Source: Thermoplasmatota archaeon (GTDB lineage: Archaea > Thermoplasmatota > JAKEGO01). Taken from it: DNA of 64,000 bases. Below, one piece after another: positions 27,832 to 37,708 of this stretch (position 1 is its first letter; every line of letters begins with the position of its first letter). A model generated the notes under the pieces. It worked only from the letters and a program-made list of their open reading frames with translations, had not been told where the DNA came from and made no database searches. The stretch covers positions 8,710 through 72,709 of the forward strand of contig JANQNK010000002.1 in NCBI GenBank assembly GCA_028279595.1. Direction: 5' to 3'. Made by a program: the position numbers and the translations under genes.

Positions 27832-29109
27832 ATGGCTGAGAAAGAGCACATGAATCTGGTCTTCATCGGCCACGTGGACCACGGAAAGTCCACGCTGGTC
27901 GGGCGGATGCTGCTGGACTCGGGAACCATCGAGCAGCACATCATCGACCAGTTAAGGAAAGAAGCTGACGAGAAGGGAAAGGCGACCTTCGAGTTCGCGT
28001 ACGTGATGGACCGGCTCAAGGAGGAGAGGGAGCGCGGTCTGACGATCGACGTGGCACACAAGAGGTTCGACACGGACAAGTACTACTTCACGATCATCGA
28101 CGCCCCAGGGCACCGTGATTTCGTGAAGAACATGATCACCGGGACCTCGCAGGCGGATGCGGCCGTCCTAGTCGTGGCAGCCCCCGAGGGCGTCATGGCG
28201 CAGACGAAGGAGCACATCTTCCTGGCCAGGACACTCGGCGTCAACCAGATCATCATCGCCGTGAACAAGATGGACGCGACCAAGCCCGAGTACTCGGAGC
28301 AGCGCTACAACGAGGTCAAGAACGACGTGGGAACGCTCCTCAAGACCGTTGGATACAAGGTCGACGAGGTTCCGTTCATACCTGTTTCCGCGTACGTCGG
28401 CGACAACGCCTACGAGAAGTCACCCAACCTCCCCTGGTGGAAGGGCCCGACGCTCCTCGAGGCGCTCAACGCCCTGACGATACCGGAGAAGCCCTCGAAG
28501 CTTCCGCTCCGTCTTCCCGTGCAGGACGTCTACAACATCACCGGCATCGGCGCTGTCCCCGTTGGCAGGATCGAGACCGGCATGATGAACATAGGCGACA
28601 AGGTGACCTTCATGCCCTCCGACGCCGGAGGAGAGGTGAAGTCCATCGAGATGCACCACGAGGAGGTCCCGAAGGCGCAGCCCGGCGACAACGTCGGATT
28701 CAACGTCCGCGGGATCGGCAAGAAGGACATCAGGCGCGGCGACGTCGCTGGCCCGGCCAGCAACCCGCCGACCGTTGCCCGCACCTTCACGGCGCAGATC
28801 GCGGTCATCCAGCACCCGAGCGTGATGACGGAGGGATACACACCCGTATTCCACTGCCACACCGCCCAGGTCGCATGCACGATCGAGGAGATCGAGCAGA
28901 AGATCGATCCGAAGACCGGGCAGGCCAAGACCGACGACCCGAACCCCAAGCTCCTGAAGACCGGGGACATCGCGATCGTCAAGATCAGGCCGACGCAGCC
29001 CATGGTCATCGAGAAGGCATCCGATATCCCGCCCCTCGGTCGCTTCGCGATCCGGGACATGGGCATGACCGTCGCCGCCGGCGTGGTCAAGGATATCGAG
29101 CCGCGCTGA
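27832..29109 (+). CDS. tuf: Translation elongation factor EF-1alpha
   Basis: [26 protein letters not shown]. Confidence 0.98.
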   Translation: MAEKEHMNLVFIGHVDHGKSTLVGRMLLDSGTIEQHIIDQLRKEADEKGKATFEFAYVMDRLKEERERGLTIDVAHKRFDTDKYYFTIIDAPGHRDFVKNMITGTSQADAAVLVVAAPEGVMAQTKEHIFLARTLGVNQIIIAVNKMDATKPEYSEQRYNEVKNDVGTLLKTVGYKVDEVPFIPVSAYVGDNAYEKSPNLPWWKGPTLLEALNALTIPEKPSKLPLRLPVQDVYNITGIGAVPVGRIETGMMNIGDKVTFMPSDAGGEVKSIEMHHEEVPKAQPGDNVGFNVRGIGKKDIRRGDVAGPASNPPTVARTFTAQIAVIQHPSVMTEGYTPVFHCHTAQVACTIEEIEQKIDPKTGQAKTDDPNPKLLKTGDIAIVKIRPTQPMVIEKASDIPPLGRFAIRDMGMTVAAGVVKDIEPR

Positions 29110-29118
29110 GGTCCCTGA

Positions 29119-29427
29119 ATGACCCAGATCGCCAGAATCACACTCGTGGGATTGCAGCCCGGCCATGTCGACAAGGTCTGCGGACAGATCAAGACGATCT
29201 CCGAGAGGACCGGCGTCGAGATGAAGGGCCCGATACCGCTTCCCACGAAGCGCATGGTGGTACCCATACGCAAGAGCCCCGACGGCGAAGGGTCGGAGAC
29301 CTACGAGCGCTGGGAGATGAGGATCCACAAGAGGCTCATCGACCTAGGCGCCGACGAGAGGGCGCTCAGACAGCTTATGCGGATACAGTTACCCGACGAC
29401 GTCCACATCGAGATATCGCTGCGCTGA
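29119..29427 (+). CDS. rpsJ: 30S ribosomal protein S10
   Basis: 'GPIPLPTK', 'RKSPDGEG', 'MRIHKRLID'; follows tuf. Confidence 0.97.
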   Translation: MTQIARITLVGLQPGHVDKVCGQIKTISERTGVEMKGPIPLPTKRMVVPIRKSPDGEGSETYERWEMRIHKRLIDLGADERALRQLMRIQLPDDVHIEISLR

Positions 29428-29643
29428 GAGCCCGCTTCCCCCCCCACCTTTTCCCATTTTAACGTGTTCCACCCGTGGTCACGTCGATATACCCTCGGTA
29501 TATCGATTAACGCGCTCGATGACGCTGAAGCGGTCATCGACGCGTGTCAAGGATCCATCCATCATTTGCTGTTTCCATCCCAAGCAAAGACAATCTACAG
29601 AGCTCTCGCTAAGGACAGTGAAATATCACGAACGAGGACGCTC

Positions 29644-30513
29644 TCACGTCGGGAGAGGTCTCTCCTGCTTCTGGACCATCCTGTTCTGGACGTAGATCAT
29701 CCCGAACGGGAAGTCCTTCTGCGTGATCTTGACCTTCCCGTCGTGCGCCAGGAAAAGCACGGACATGAAGACCATGAGGATATCGTCCTCGTTCGTCAGT
29801 TCTGTGATCGGAATGGGGTGACCGTTGAACGCGTTGATGCGGGTCCAGACCTTGGAGATGTCCTCCACCAGGTCCTCCTTGTGGATCATCTTCCGGACGG
29901 AGCGTTCCCTCATGCGTTTCAGCTTCGCCATGTTCTTGCGGCGGCGCTCGAAGGCGGTCTTGTGCCTCTCCGCCTCCTCGGTCGCCTCGCGGAACGCGTC
30001 CACGAGCTCGACCAGCGTAACGGGCCGCTCTCCCTTGCGGAAGACCCGGGGCTGGATCGGTGGGTCCCTCTCCTTCCGGACGGTCTGCGTGAACTCGAAG
30101 TCGGACTCGCTCTCCCAGATATCGATGCCGAAGTCCCAGTCCTCCTCCTCTATCTCGGGAGGGACGGCCCTCTCGAGGGCCGACTCCGTCTGCATCTTGA
30201 GAATGTTCCACGCCATGAGCAGGATCCTTCCTCCGGATATGAGGTCTATCCTCTCCTCCTGGCGTACCTTGTTCATGTACAGCTCGCAGAAGTGCAGGAG
30301 GTCGATGTCCCAGGGATTGAACTGGTGCTCCAGCACCAGCGCGAATATCAATGAGACGGTCCTGTCGACGGGGTCCTCGATGGACATGTACCTGCCCTCC
30401 GTGGTCTCCTCCAGGATCTCCTTGTAGTGCGCTATGGGCGAACCGCCCTCGTCGTCTATCATGGCCTCGTGTATGACAAGATGGTTGATGACGTCGTCAA
30501 GCAACTGCATCAC
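29644..30513 (-). CDS. scpA: Segregation and condensation protein A (kleisin)
   Basis: 'NPWDIDL', 'RPVTLVELVDA', 'FMSVLFLA..GKV...Q..FPFG.I'; overlaps the smc stop. Confidence 0.88.
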   Translation of the reverse strand: MMQLLDDVINHLVIHEAMIDDEGGSPIAHYKEILEETTEGRYMSIEDPVDRTVSLIFALVLEHQFNPWDIDLLHFCELYMNKVRQEERIDLISGGRILLMAWNILKMQTESALERAVPPEIEEEDWDFGIDIWESESDFEFTQTVRKERDPPIQPRVFRKGERPVTLVELVDAFREATEEAERHKTAFERRRKNMAKLKRMRERSVRKMIHKEDLVEDISKVWTRINAFNGHPIPITELTNEDDILMVFMSVLFLAHDGKVKITQKDFPFGMIYVQNRMVQKQERPLPT

Positions 30514-33500
30514 CGCCTACCGGCTCCTCCACCGGCCTCTCCTCCTTGGCGATCTCGCCCTTCTCCCCGATCTGGGAGATGTGGACGTTGCCGATGAGCT
30601 CTGAGATCCCCTTCTCGCCCATCGTAACGCCGTAAGCGTGGTCGGCATGCCCCATCGTCACCTTCCTGAGCGTGATCATTATGAACTGCGCCCTCTCGGA
30701 CGTCCCAGCTACGAGCTTCGCCACCCTCTCGGCGTTGACGGCGTCGAGGAACATGTCCACCTCGTCTAGGAGGTAGAACGGCGAGGGATCGTACTTCTGG
30801 ATTGCGAATATGAGTGCAAGCGCCGTCAGGCTCTTCTCCCCTCCGGACAGCTGCACGAGCTTCTTCACCCTCTTTCCAGGGGGCTTGGCGATTATCATCA
30901 GGCCGCCCTCGAACGGGTTCTTGGGGTTCTCGAGCTCCAGGTGGCCGTCGCCGCCCAGCGAGAGCTCCTTGTAGATCTTGGTGAAGTTGACATTGACCTC
31001 GTCGAAGACGGCCATCAAGCCGGCCTTCTTCTTGCTGATGAGCTCCTCGACGACCTGGATGAGGTGTGTGCGCTGGTCCTCCAGGCGCTGGAACTCGGCC
31101 TCGATCTCCTTGCGGCGCTTGTCGTAGACCTCGAAGTCCTCCACAGCGCGCATGTTGACCGCTCCGAGGGCGCGTATCCGTGCCTCACACTCGGTGATCT
31201 CCTTGCGGAGCTCGTCCACGGTCGGAAGGCTCTCTGGCAGCTCTATGTTGTAGAGCGTGGCCTCCTGCTTCGCCTCCGAGAGCTGGGTCTTGAGATTGAC
31301 CGATTTCGTCCTCAGTCCAATGAGCAGATCTTCCTTGGTCTCGATCTGTGTGAGTGTGCTGTCTAACTCGTTGTCGAGGTCGACCTTACGCTTGTAGGTC
31401 CTGTCCCTCGCTTCCTGGAGGCCCTTCATCTCGCTGGCGATGCCGGACTCGACCTCGAGCAGGACGTCGAGCTCCTCTTTCAGTTTGTCGACCCTGACCT
31501 TTGCGTCCTCGCCCTCCTTGGCGGTCTCCGACATGTCGTCGTCGATGGTCGCCAGGCGCTCCGTCAGCTCGTCCGCCCTCTCCGTGTGGAGCTCGACCTT
31601 CGTATTGATGGTCGCCTCGCTGGATGCCAGCTCGCGGGCCGCGTCCGCGAGCTCGTTCATCTCGTTCTCGAGCTTCCGCATCGCGGCGACGACCTCCTCT
31701 GGGGTCGAGTCCACGAGCATCTTGTGCTCCGCCTTCCTGCGCTCGTCGATCTTGGCCAGGACCCCGTCCAGGCCCTCGACCTTCTCCCTGGCGACGGCGA
31801 TCTCGGCGTCTATCGCCTTGATCTCCTCCTTGAGCTTGATGACCGCGTCCTTGAGCTTCTTCGACTCCTCGCTGGCGGTCTTGATCTCCATCTCGAGTTC
31901 CTTGGCCGCACGGATGTCCTCGTCGTCGACGTGGGAATCGTGCATGATGGACTCGTACTTGTGAAGTTCTTCCCGGACCTTCCTGAGCTTCTCGGCCAGC
32001 GACTCCATGAGCGTTGACTGCTCCCTGAGCCTCGCGGAGACGTCCTCGACCTCCGCCTGGCGTCCGGCCCCGAACTTCTGGGGCTTGTGGAGCGTCCCGC
32101 CGATCATCGCGCCGGAGGACTCGATCAATTCCCCGGACATGGTCACGAGCCTGACTCCGCCCATGAGCTTCCTCGCGGACTTGAGGTCCTTGACGACGAC
32201 GGTCGAACCGAAGACCCACTCGAAGGCCTTCTGGTACTTCGCGTCGTACGACACAAGGTCTATCGCGAAGCCGATCGCAGAGCCGTCCCGTGCAGCTAGA
32301 AGGCACTTCCCCTGCGGCTTCGACGTCATCATCTTGTTCAGCGGAAGGAACGCCACCCTTCCGAGCCTGTTCTTCTTGAGGTACGATATCCCTGCCTCGG
32401 CGGCCGCGTCGTTCTCGACGACCACGGCGTTCATCCTGCTGCCCGCAGCGACGGACAGGGCGACCTCGTACTCCTCGTCGACGTCCGCCAGCTGGGAGAT
32501 CGTCCCGAAGATCCCCTTGAGCTGACCCAGGTCCCGCGCTTCCATGAGCGCGTCCACGGCCCCGTGCCTGCTCTGGCGGTAGACGTCCTTCTCGGTCTTG
32601 AGCCGTGTGTACTCCCGCTCCAGCTCACGCACCTTGCCCTGGACCTGCTCCAGCTCGGTGAAGACCGTCGTCTCCTCCTTCTTGAGGGCGTAGACCTTCT
32701 TCCTCGCATCGTCGAGGTCCTCCCCGGAGCCGCCCATCCGGCCCCGGATCTCCTTGAGACGCCAGTCGGCGTCCTTGATCGTGGTGTCCATGAGGCGCAT
32801 CCGCTCTTCCGAGTCGGCCAGCGTCTTCAATTTTGTGCTCTTCCTCTCGTTGAGCCGCTCGACCTCGAGGGTGGCGTGGTGCGCGTCGTCCCGCGCCTTC
32901 TCCGCCTCCTTCGACAGTCGAATGAGCTGCTTCTGGTGGTTGGCGGTCTCGGAGTCCGAATCGGCCAGGCGTCTTTGGAATGATTCGTACTCCTTTCGTT
33001 TGGCATCCAGATCCTTCTTGCGCGCTTCGTGGTCCTTCCTGACAGCGTCGGCCTCGGTGCCCATCCGTTTGAGGTCCTTTGTCAGCGTGGCGAGGTCCTT
33101 TGCGGCGGAGGCCTTCTCGACCTTCATCTCCCGGACCCTCTCCTTGGAGGTAATGATGGCGTCCTTCGCCCTTGCGATCTCGAGCCTGGCCTCGTCTATC
33201 TTCGCCTTCAACTCGCGAGCTTCATCCCCACCCTTCTCGACGATCTCCGCCTCGATCTTCTCGAACTCGGCGGTGACCTCGGCCAGGGTGGCCCGTAATT
33301 CCTCGACCCTCTTCTTTCCCTCCTCGAGCTCGGTCTCGTACTCCGTCGTTTGTTCCTGGACCGCGGCGATCTCCCTCTCGAACGTGTCGACCTTCTTGTG
33401 GGCCAGGTAGGCCTTCGAGGTCTCCAGGCGCTCGTTGTACTCCCTGTACTTGATCGCCGACTTCCTGTCCTTCTCCAGTCGCCGGAGCTCCGTGCCGATC

Positions 33501-34114
33501 TCGTTGAGGGTCAGCTGGATCATCCTCAGGTTCTCCTCCACATCGGTCCTCTTCCTCTCGGAGAGGTCGATGTCCTTGTCGAACCTGGTTATCCCTGCGA
33601 CGTCCTCGAGAATGCGCCTCCTCTCCAGCGGGGACATGCGCGTTATCGCGTTGATGTCCCCCTGCATCACGAAGTTGTACCCGTCGGCGGATATCTTCGC
33701 GTTCGCGAGGAGGTCGTTGAACTCTGTCAAGGATGACGAACGGCCATTGACGTAGAAGTAGCTGTTGTAGTTGTCCTTGTTGCTCTGAGACAGTTTGACC
33801 ATGCGTGTCAGCTTGACTTCGTCGTTGTCAATGGGTATGAGTCTGTCCTGGTTGTCAAACACCAGTGAGACCTTGCAATATTTCTCCGGCCTCCCTCCCT
33901 TTCCGCCATTGAAGATGAGATCCGTAAGCCTGCCAGCTCGAATGGATTTCGGTGACTTCGGGCCGAGGACGAACATGATCGCGTCGGCGATGTTGGACTT
34001 ACCGCTGCCGTTGGGGCCGGTTATAGCGGTGAATCCCTCTAGGAAGGGCACTGTCATCTTCCTACCGAAGGACTTAAAATTCTCCAGCTGGATCTCCTTC
34101 AGATGCAAGGTCAC
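30497..34114 (-). CDS. smc: Chromosome segregation protein SMC
   Basis: NFKSF, GPNGSGKS, coiled coils, hinge, LSGGE, LDEVD. Confidence 0.98.
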   Translation of the reverse strand: MTLHLKEIQLENFKSFGRKMTVPFLEGFTAITGPNGSGKSNIADAIMFVLGPKSPKSIRAGRLTDLIFNGGKGGRPEKYCKVSLVFDNQDRLIPIDNDEVKLTRMVKLSQSNKDNYNSYFYVNGRSSSLTEFNDLLANAKISADGYNFVMQGDINAITRMSPLERRRILEDVAGITRFDKDIDLSERKRTDVEENLRMIQLTLNEIGTELRRLEKDRKSAIKYREYNERLETSKAYLAHKKVDTFEREIAAVQEQTTEYETELEEGKKRVEELRATLAEVTAEFEKIEAEIVEKGGDEARELKAKIDEARLEIARAKDAIITSKERVREMKVEKASAAKDLATLTKDLKRMGTEADAVRKDHEARKKDLDAKRKEYESFQRRLADSDSETANHQKQLIRLSKEAEKARDDAHHATLEVERLNERKSTKLKTLADSEERMRLMDTTIKDADWRLKEIRGRMGGSGEDLDDARKKVYALKKEETTVFTELEQVQGKVRELEREYTRLKTEKDVYRQSRHGAVDALMEARDLGQLKGIFGTISQLADVDEEYEVALSVAAGSRMNAVVVENDAAAEAGISYLKKNRLGRVAFLPLNKMMTSKPQGKCLLAARDGSAIGFAIDLVSYDAKYQKAFEWVFGSTVVVKDLKSARKLMGGVRLVTMSGELIESSGAMIGGTLHKPQKFGAGRQAEVEDVSARLREQSTLMESLAEKLRKVREELHKYESIMHDSHVDDEDIRAAKELEMEIKTASEESKKLKDAVIKLKEEIKAIDAEIAVAREKVEGLDGVLAKIDERRKAEHKMLVDSTPEEVVAAMRKLENEMNELADAARELASSEATINTKVELHTERADELTERLATIDDDMSETAKEGEDAKVRVDKLKEELDVLLEVESGIASEMKGLQEARDRTYKRKVDLDNELDSTLTQIETKEDLLIGLRTKSVNLKTQLSEAKQEATLYNIELPESLPTVDELRKEITECEARIRALGAVNMRAVEDFEVYDKRRKEIEAEFQRLEDQRTHLIQVVEELISKKKAGLMAVFDEVNVNFTKIYKELSLGGDGHLELENPKNPFEGGLMIIAKPPGKRVKKLVQLSGGEKSLTALALIFAIQKYDPSPFYLLDEVDMFLDAVNAERVAKLVAGTSERAQFIMITLRKVTMGHADHAYGVTMGEKGISELIGNVHISQIGEKGEIAKEERPVEEPVGGDAVA

Positions 34115-34356
34115 ACCTCTTTATTCGTTCGTGACGGCGCGTCCGTCATCCCATCGGCGTCTATAATGTAATGCCAATATATAAGATTTTTGCACTTTTT
34201 TACACTTTCTTTATATACTAACCGCGTTTTTTCACCAAAACCTATTGTGGTGTTTTCGACCCTTTTTTTATATAGTAATGGTAAGAACGACAACAGTTCC
34301 GCAATTGCGCCCTGAGGGTATAAAGAACATGTCGAAACGGGGTGATAGGCGGCGGA

Positions 34357-37300
34357 TCAGACCTCTGCACCGTCGGGGATCCCGTCCCCGTCGCTGTCCC
34401 AATCCATGGGATCTATGCCATAGTCGTGCTCCTGCCATGCCGGCATCCCGTCCCCCACGTAATCGATGGTGAGGTTCACGTAGTCCGTGACGATCGCGCC
34501 GTCGGAGCCCGATGAGGTGGAAGAGAGGAGCAGCAGGACGTCGTCGTTCGAATCGAGGTATCTCGTGACGTCCCGGGATATCGTGACATTGCACCACTCC
34601 ATGGAGGCGGTGTATCCGCCGCTGTAGGACGCCTCTCCGGAGCAGAAGCCGATGGTGTCCCAGGAGCCCGCAACCCGGTCGTAGAGCTTGATCGTCATCC
34701 CGCCCTTGCCTCCGGCGAACATGCTGAGAGAGAAACCCACGGAATAGTTCAGGTCATTTACGCAGGTATTGTCGTCAGGGTTCGACGGTATCACCCACCT
34801 CAGCCTGTACATCTGGTGGACGATGCCGTTGCCGCGGCTTGACGCATTTACGTCGTCCAGCTCCTTGATGTCCTTGTAGTCGCCGGAATCGATGACGCCC
34901 GTGACGCTACCTGGAGCGGGTTCGGAGGCGCTGACCGTCTCGTTCCCACCGCGGACCCTCATCCTTCCCTGGGACGGGTCGAAGTCTGCGCTGGAGTCGT
35001 TGACCAGGGGATCGAATCCCCAGTACGCCTCCCAGCCGTCGATCATCCCGTCGCCGTCGGTGTCCTTGACGTCCGGCCTGGTGCCGTTGAGGAACTCCTG
35101 GGCGTTGGTGTACCACTCGTCCTCCTCGATGGTCCCGGAGCCGTCGTAGTCGTAGCCGTCGTTGTCATTGTCGTAGGCGCCGTCCGCGGGGTCGGTGGGG
35201 TCCATCCCGTTGAAGGTCTCCCAGCCGTCCGACATCGCGTCCCCGTCGGTGTCGTTCACCGTCGGATTGGTGCCGTTGAGGAACTCCATGAGGTTGGTGA
35301 AGTACTCGTCCGGATCGACCGTGCCGTTCTCGTCGACATCGTATCCGTCGTCGTCCATGTCCTCGTCGGCATCCGAGGGGTCCGTCGGGTCCAGGCCCCA
35401 GTCGACCTCCCATCCGTCGGTCATGCCGTCGCCGTCCGTGTCATTGAACGTGGGGTCCGTGATGTAGCCATCGGTGCCAAGCTCCATCTCTTCCCCGTCC
35501 GGTATCCCGTCCCCGTCGGTGTCACCCTGGGTCGGGTCAGTGATCAGGTAGCCGTCGGTGTCACCCGTCACGTTGTTCATGTACTCGTAGACGTCCGGCA
35601 GGCCGTCGATGTCGAAGTCCATGGTGTCGTTCTGCGGTGTGAGCGGATCGAGGCCGTACAGGACCTCCCATCCGTCGGGGAGTCCGTCGTCGTCCGTGTC
35701 GTTGTCGTAGATGTCCGTCCCGTTGAGGTACTCCATCCAGTTGGTGTACTGCTCGTCCCACTCGATGGTCCCCGACCTGTCGACGTCGAATCCGTCGTTG
35801 TCGAAGTCTGCGTTCCCGTCGGTGGCGTTCAGGGGGTCGAATCCGTAGTAGACCTCCCATCCGTCGATGAGCCCGTCGAAGTCCGTGTCATCGTTGGTCG
35901 GGTCGGTGTGGTTCAGGTACTCCATGATGTTGGTGAAGTACTCGTCCCACTCGATCGTGCCGTTCCCGTTGAAATCGTAACCGTCCTCGTCGCCGTCGAG
36001 ATGCGGATCGAAGACCGTGGGGTCGAGTCCGTAGTAGACCTCCCACGTGTCGTTCATCCCGTCGGCGTCGCTGTCGGGCAGCGCCGGCGATGTTCCCAGC
36101 TGGTACTCCTCGAGGTTGGAGAGCCTCTCGCGCCCGGTGATGTTCCCATCCCGGTCGACATCGTAGGTGTCGTTGTCGAAGTCCCAGTGGGAATCGTCGT
36201 AGAGGGGATCTAGTCCCCAGTGCTCCTCCCACCCGTCGAACATCCCGTCCATGTCGGTGTCGTTGACGAGAGGGTCGGTGTCAGCGAGGAACTCGTCGAG
36301 ATTGGTGAAGTTGAAGTCTATGAGTCCGTCCCCGTCGATGTCGGGGCCGTCCCCGTCCAGATCGACACCCAGGTCCGACGCGTTGTTCGGGTCGAAACCG
36401 TAATGGACCTCCCAGCCGTCCGCGATGCCGTCGCCGTCTGTGTCCCAGCCGTCGAGGATACCGTCCACGGGCTCCCTGTCCCGTCCGTCCGGCGACGTCC
36501 CGTTGAGGAACTCGGCGAGTGCACCGTACGTCTCGTTCCCCTCGATCAGGCCGTTCCTGTCGGCGTCGTAGGAGTCGTTGTCGGAGTCGTCGTGGATGTC
36601 CGAGGCGTTGGCGGGGTCGAGTGCGAACTTGAACTCCCATCCGTCGGGCATGATGTCGCCGTCCGTATCGGGATTCGTCGGGTCGGTCGTCGTGGAGAGG
36701 ACCTCGAAGCCGTCGAGAAGTCCGTCGGCGTCCGTGTCGGGATCGTCCGGTTCGGTCCAGGTTATTCCGTCCGTGTCCACGGGGTTGTCGAACTCGTACA
36801 GATTGGCGAGGGAGTCGTTGTCTCCGTCGAAGAACGCGTCCGAACCGTCCGTCGGGTCGAGGCCGAAGGCGAACTCGTAGCCGTCGGTCATCCCGTCCTC
36901 GTCGGTGTCGTTCGACGTCGGGTCCGTCCCCGCGTTGAACTCCTCCAGGTTCGAGAAACGCTCGTCGTCCTCGATGGCCCCGGTCAGGTTCGCGTCGAAG
37001 CTGTCCCCGTCCGGGTCGTGGTCCGCGTCGTCCGCGTTCAATGGTTCGAGGCCGTACCGTACCTCCCATCCGTCGGTCATGCCGTCGTCGTCGGTGTCCG
37101 GGTCCAGCGGGTCCGTCCTGTTGTTGTAGTCGACCTCGTGTCCGTCCAGGAGGCCGTCGTCGTCCGTATCGGGGTCGGTGGGGTCCGTCCCCCTCTTGTA
37201 CTCCTGGAGGTTGGAGAGCGTGTCGTTGTCCTTGTCCCGGTCGCCGTCGTCCACCAGCGGCTCGAGGCCGAAATAGACCTCCCAGTGGTCGTACATGTCG

Positions 37301-37641
37301 TCGAGGTCGGTGTCTGGGTCCTTCGGGTTCGTTCCCGTCACGTACTCCCGGTAGTTGGTGAAGAGCTCGTCCTCGGAGATCTCACCGTCGCCGTCGATGT
37401 CGTAGCTGTCGCCGTCGGAATCGATGTCCCTGTCGGTGGCGTCGGTGTGGGCCAGGCCGTAGGAATATTCCCAGACGTCGGGCATATCGTCCTGGTCGGT
37501 GTCCTTGTACGGAAGGAACGGGTCCGGGTTCCGGTCCTCCTCCCGTATCGCCCTGGACTCCCTGGTGTCCTGGGGCAGGAACGGGACCGTTCCGGCGATG
37601 AGAATTATCACCAGGAGCAGGGCGAGGTACTGAACCTTCAT
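34357..37641 (-). CDS. Secreted Asp-rich calcium-binding (TSP3-like) repeat protein
   Basis: Signal/anchor N-terminus; many 'DTDGDGM.DGWE...GLDP' and 'FTNL.E...GT.P' repeats. Confidence 0.85.
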   Translation of the reverse strand: MKVQYLALLLVIILIAGTVPFLPQDTRESRAIREEDRNPDPFLPYKDTDQDDMPDVWEYSYGLAHTDATDRDIDSDGDSYDIDGDGEISEDELFTNYREYVTGTNPKDPDTDLDDMYDHWEVYFGLEPLVDDGDRDKDNDTLSNLQEYKRGTDPTDPDTDDDGLLDGHEVDYNNRTDPLDPDTDDDGMTDGWEVRYGLEPLNADDADHDPDGDSFDANLTGAIEDDERFSNLEEFNAGTDPTSNDTDEDGMTDGYEFAFGLDPTDGSDAFFDGDNDSLANLYEFDNPVDTDGITWTEPDDPDTDADGLLDGFEVLSTTTDPTNPDTDGDIMPDGWEFKFALDPANASDIHDDSDNDSYDADRNGLIEGNETYGALAEFLNGTSPDGRDREPVDGILDGWDTDGDGIADGWEVHYGFDPNNASDLGVDLDGDGPDIDGDGLIDFNFTNLDEFLADTDPLVNDTDMDGMFDGWEEHWGLDPLYDDSHWDFDNDTYDVDRDGNITGRERLSNLEEYQLGTSPALPDSDADGMNDTWEVYYGLDPTVFDPHLDGDEDGYDFNGNGTIEWDEYFTNIMEYLNHTDPTNDDTDFDGLIDGWEVYYGFDPLNATDGNADFDNDGFDVDRSGTIEWDEQYTNWMEYLNGTDIYDNDTDDDGLPDGWEVLYGLDPLTPQNDTMDFDIDGLPDVYEYMNNVTGDTDGYLITDPTQGDTDGDGIPDGEEMELGTDGYITDPTFNDTDGDGMTDGWEVDWGLDPTDPSDADEDMDDDGYDVDENGTVDPDEYFTNLMEFLNGTNPTVNDTDGDAMSDGWETFNGMDPTDPADGAYDNDNDGYDYDGSGTIEEDEWYTNAQEFLNGTRPDVKDTDGDGMIDGWEAYWGFDPLVNDSSADFDPSQGRMRVRGGNETVSASEPAPGSVTGVIDSGDYKDIKELDDVNASSRGNGIVHQMYRLRWVIPSNPDDNTCVNDLNYSVGFSLSMFAGGKGGMTIKLYDRVAGSWDTIGFCSGEASYSGGYTASMEWCNVTISRDVTRYLDSNDDVLLLLSSTSSGSDGAIVTDYVNLTIDYVGDGMPAWQEHDYGIDPMDWDSDGDGIPDGAEV

Positions 37642-37708
37642 CTATCCTATTAATCGACCCCTGGATATTTAACTGTTGGGACACTGGCCAGTGTACCGAA
37701 AACGGGTC

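Noticed and set aside
28420-29462. Several 250-340 aa ORFs overlapping tuf/rpsJ
   Set aside because: Alternative-frame artefacts of strong codon bias in highly conserved genes
29644-34114. smc-scpA without adjacent scpB
   Set aside because: scpB is often unlinked or absent in archaea, so this is not unusual
36220-37653. 477-aa plus-strand ORF
   Set aside because: Antisense shadow of the Asp-rich repeat gene; its Val-rich composition mirrors GAC codons
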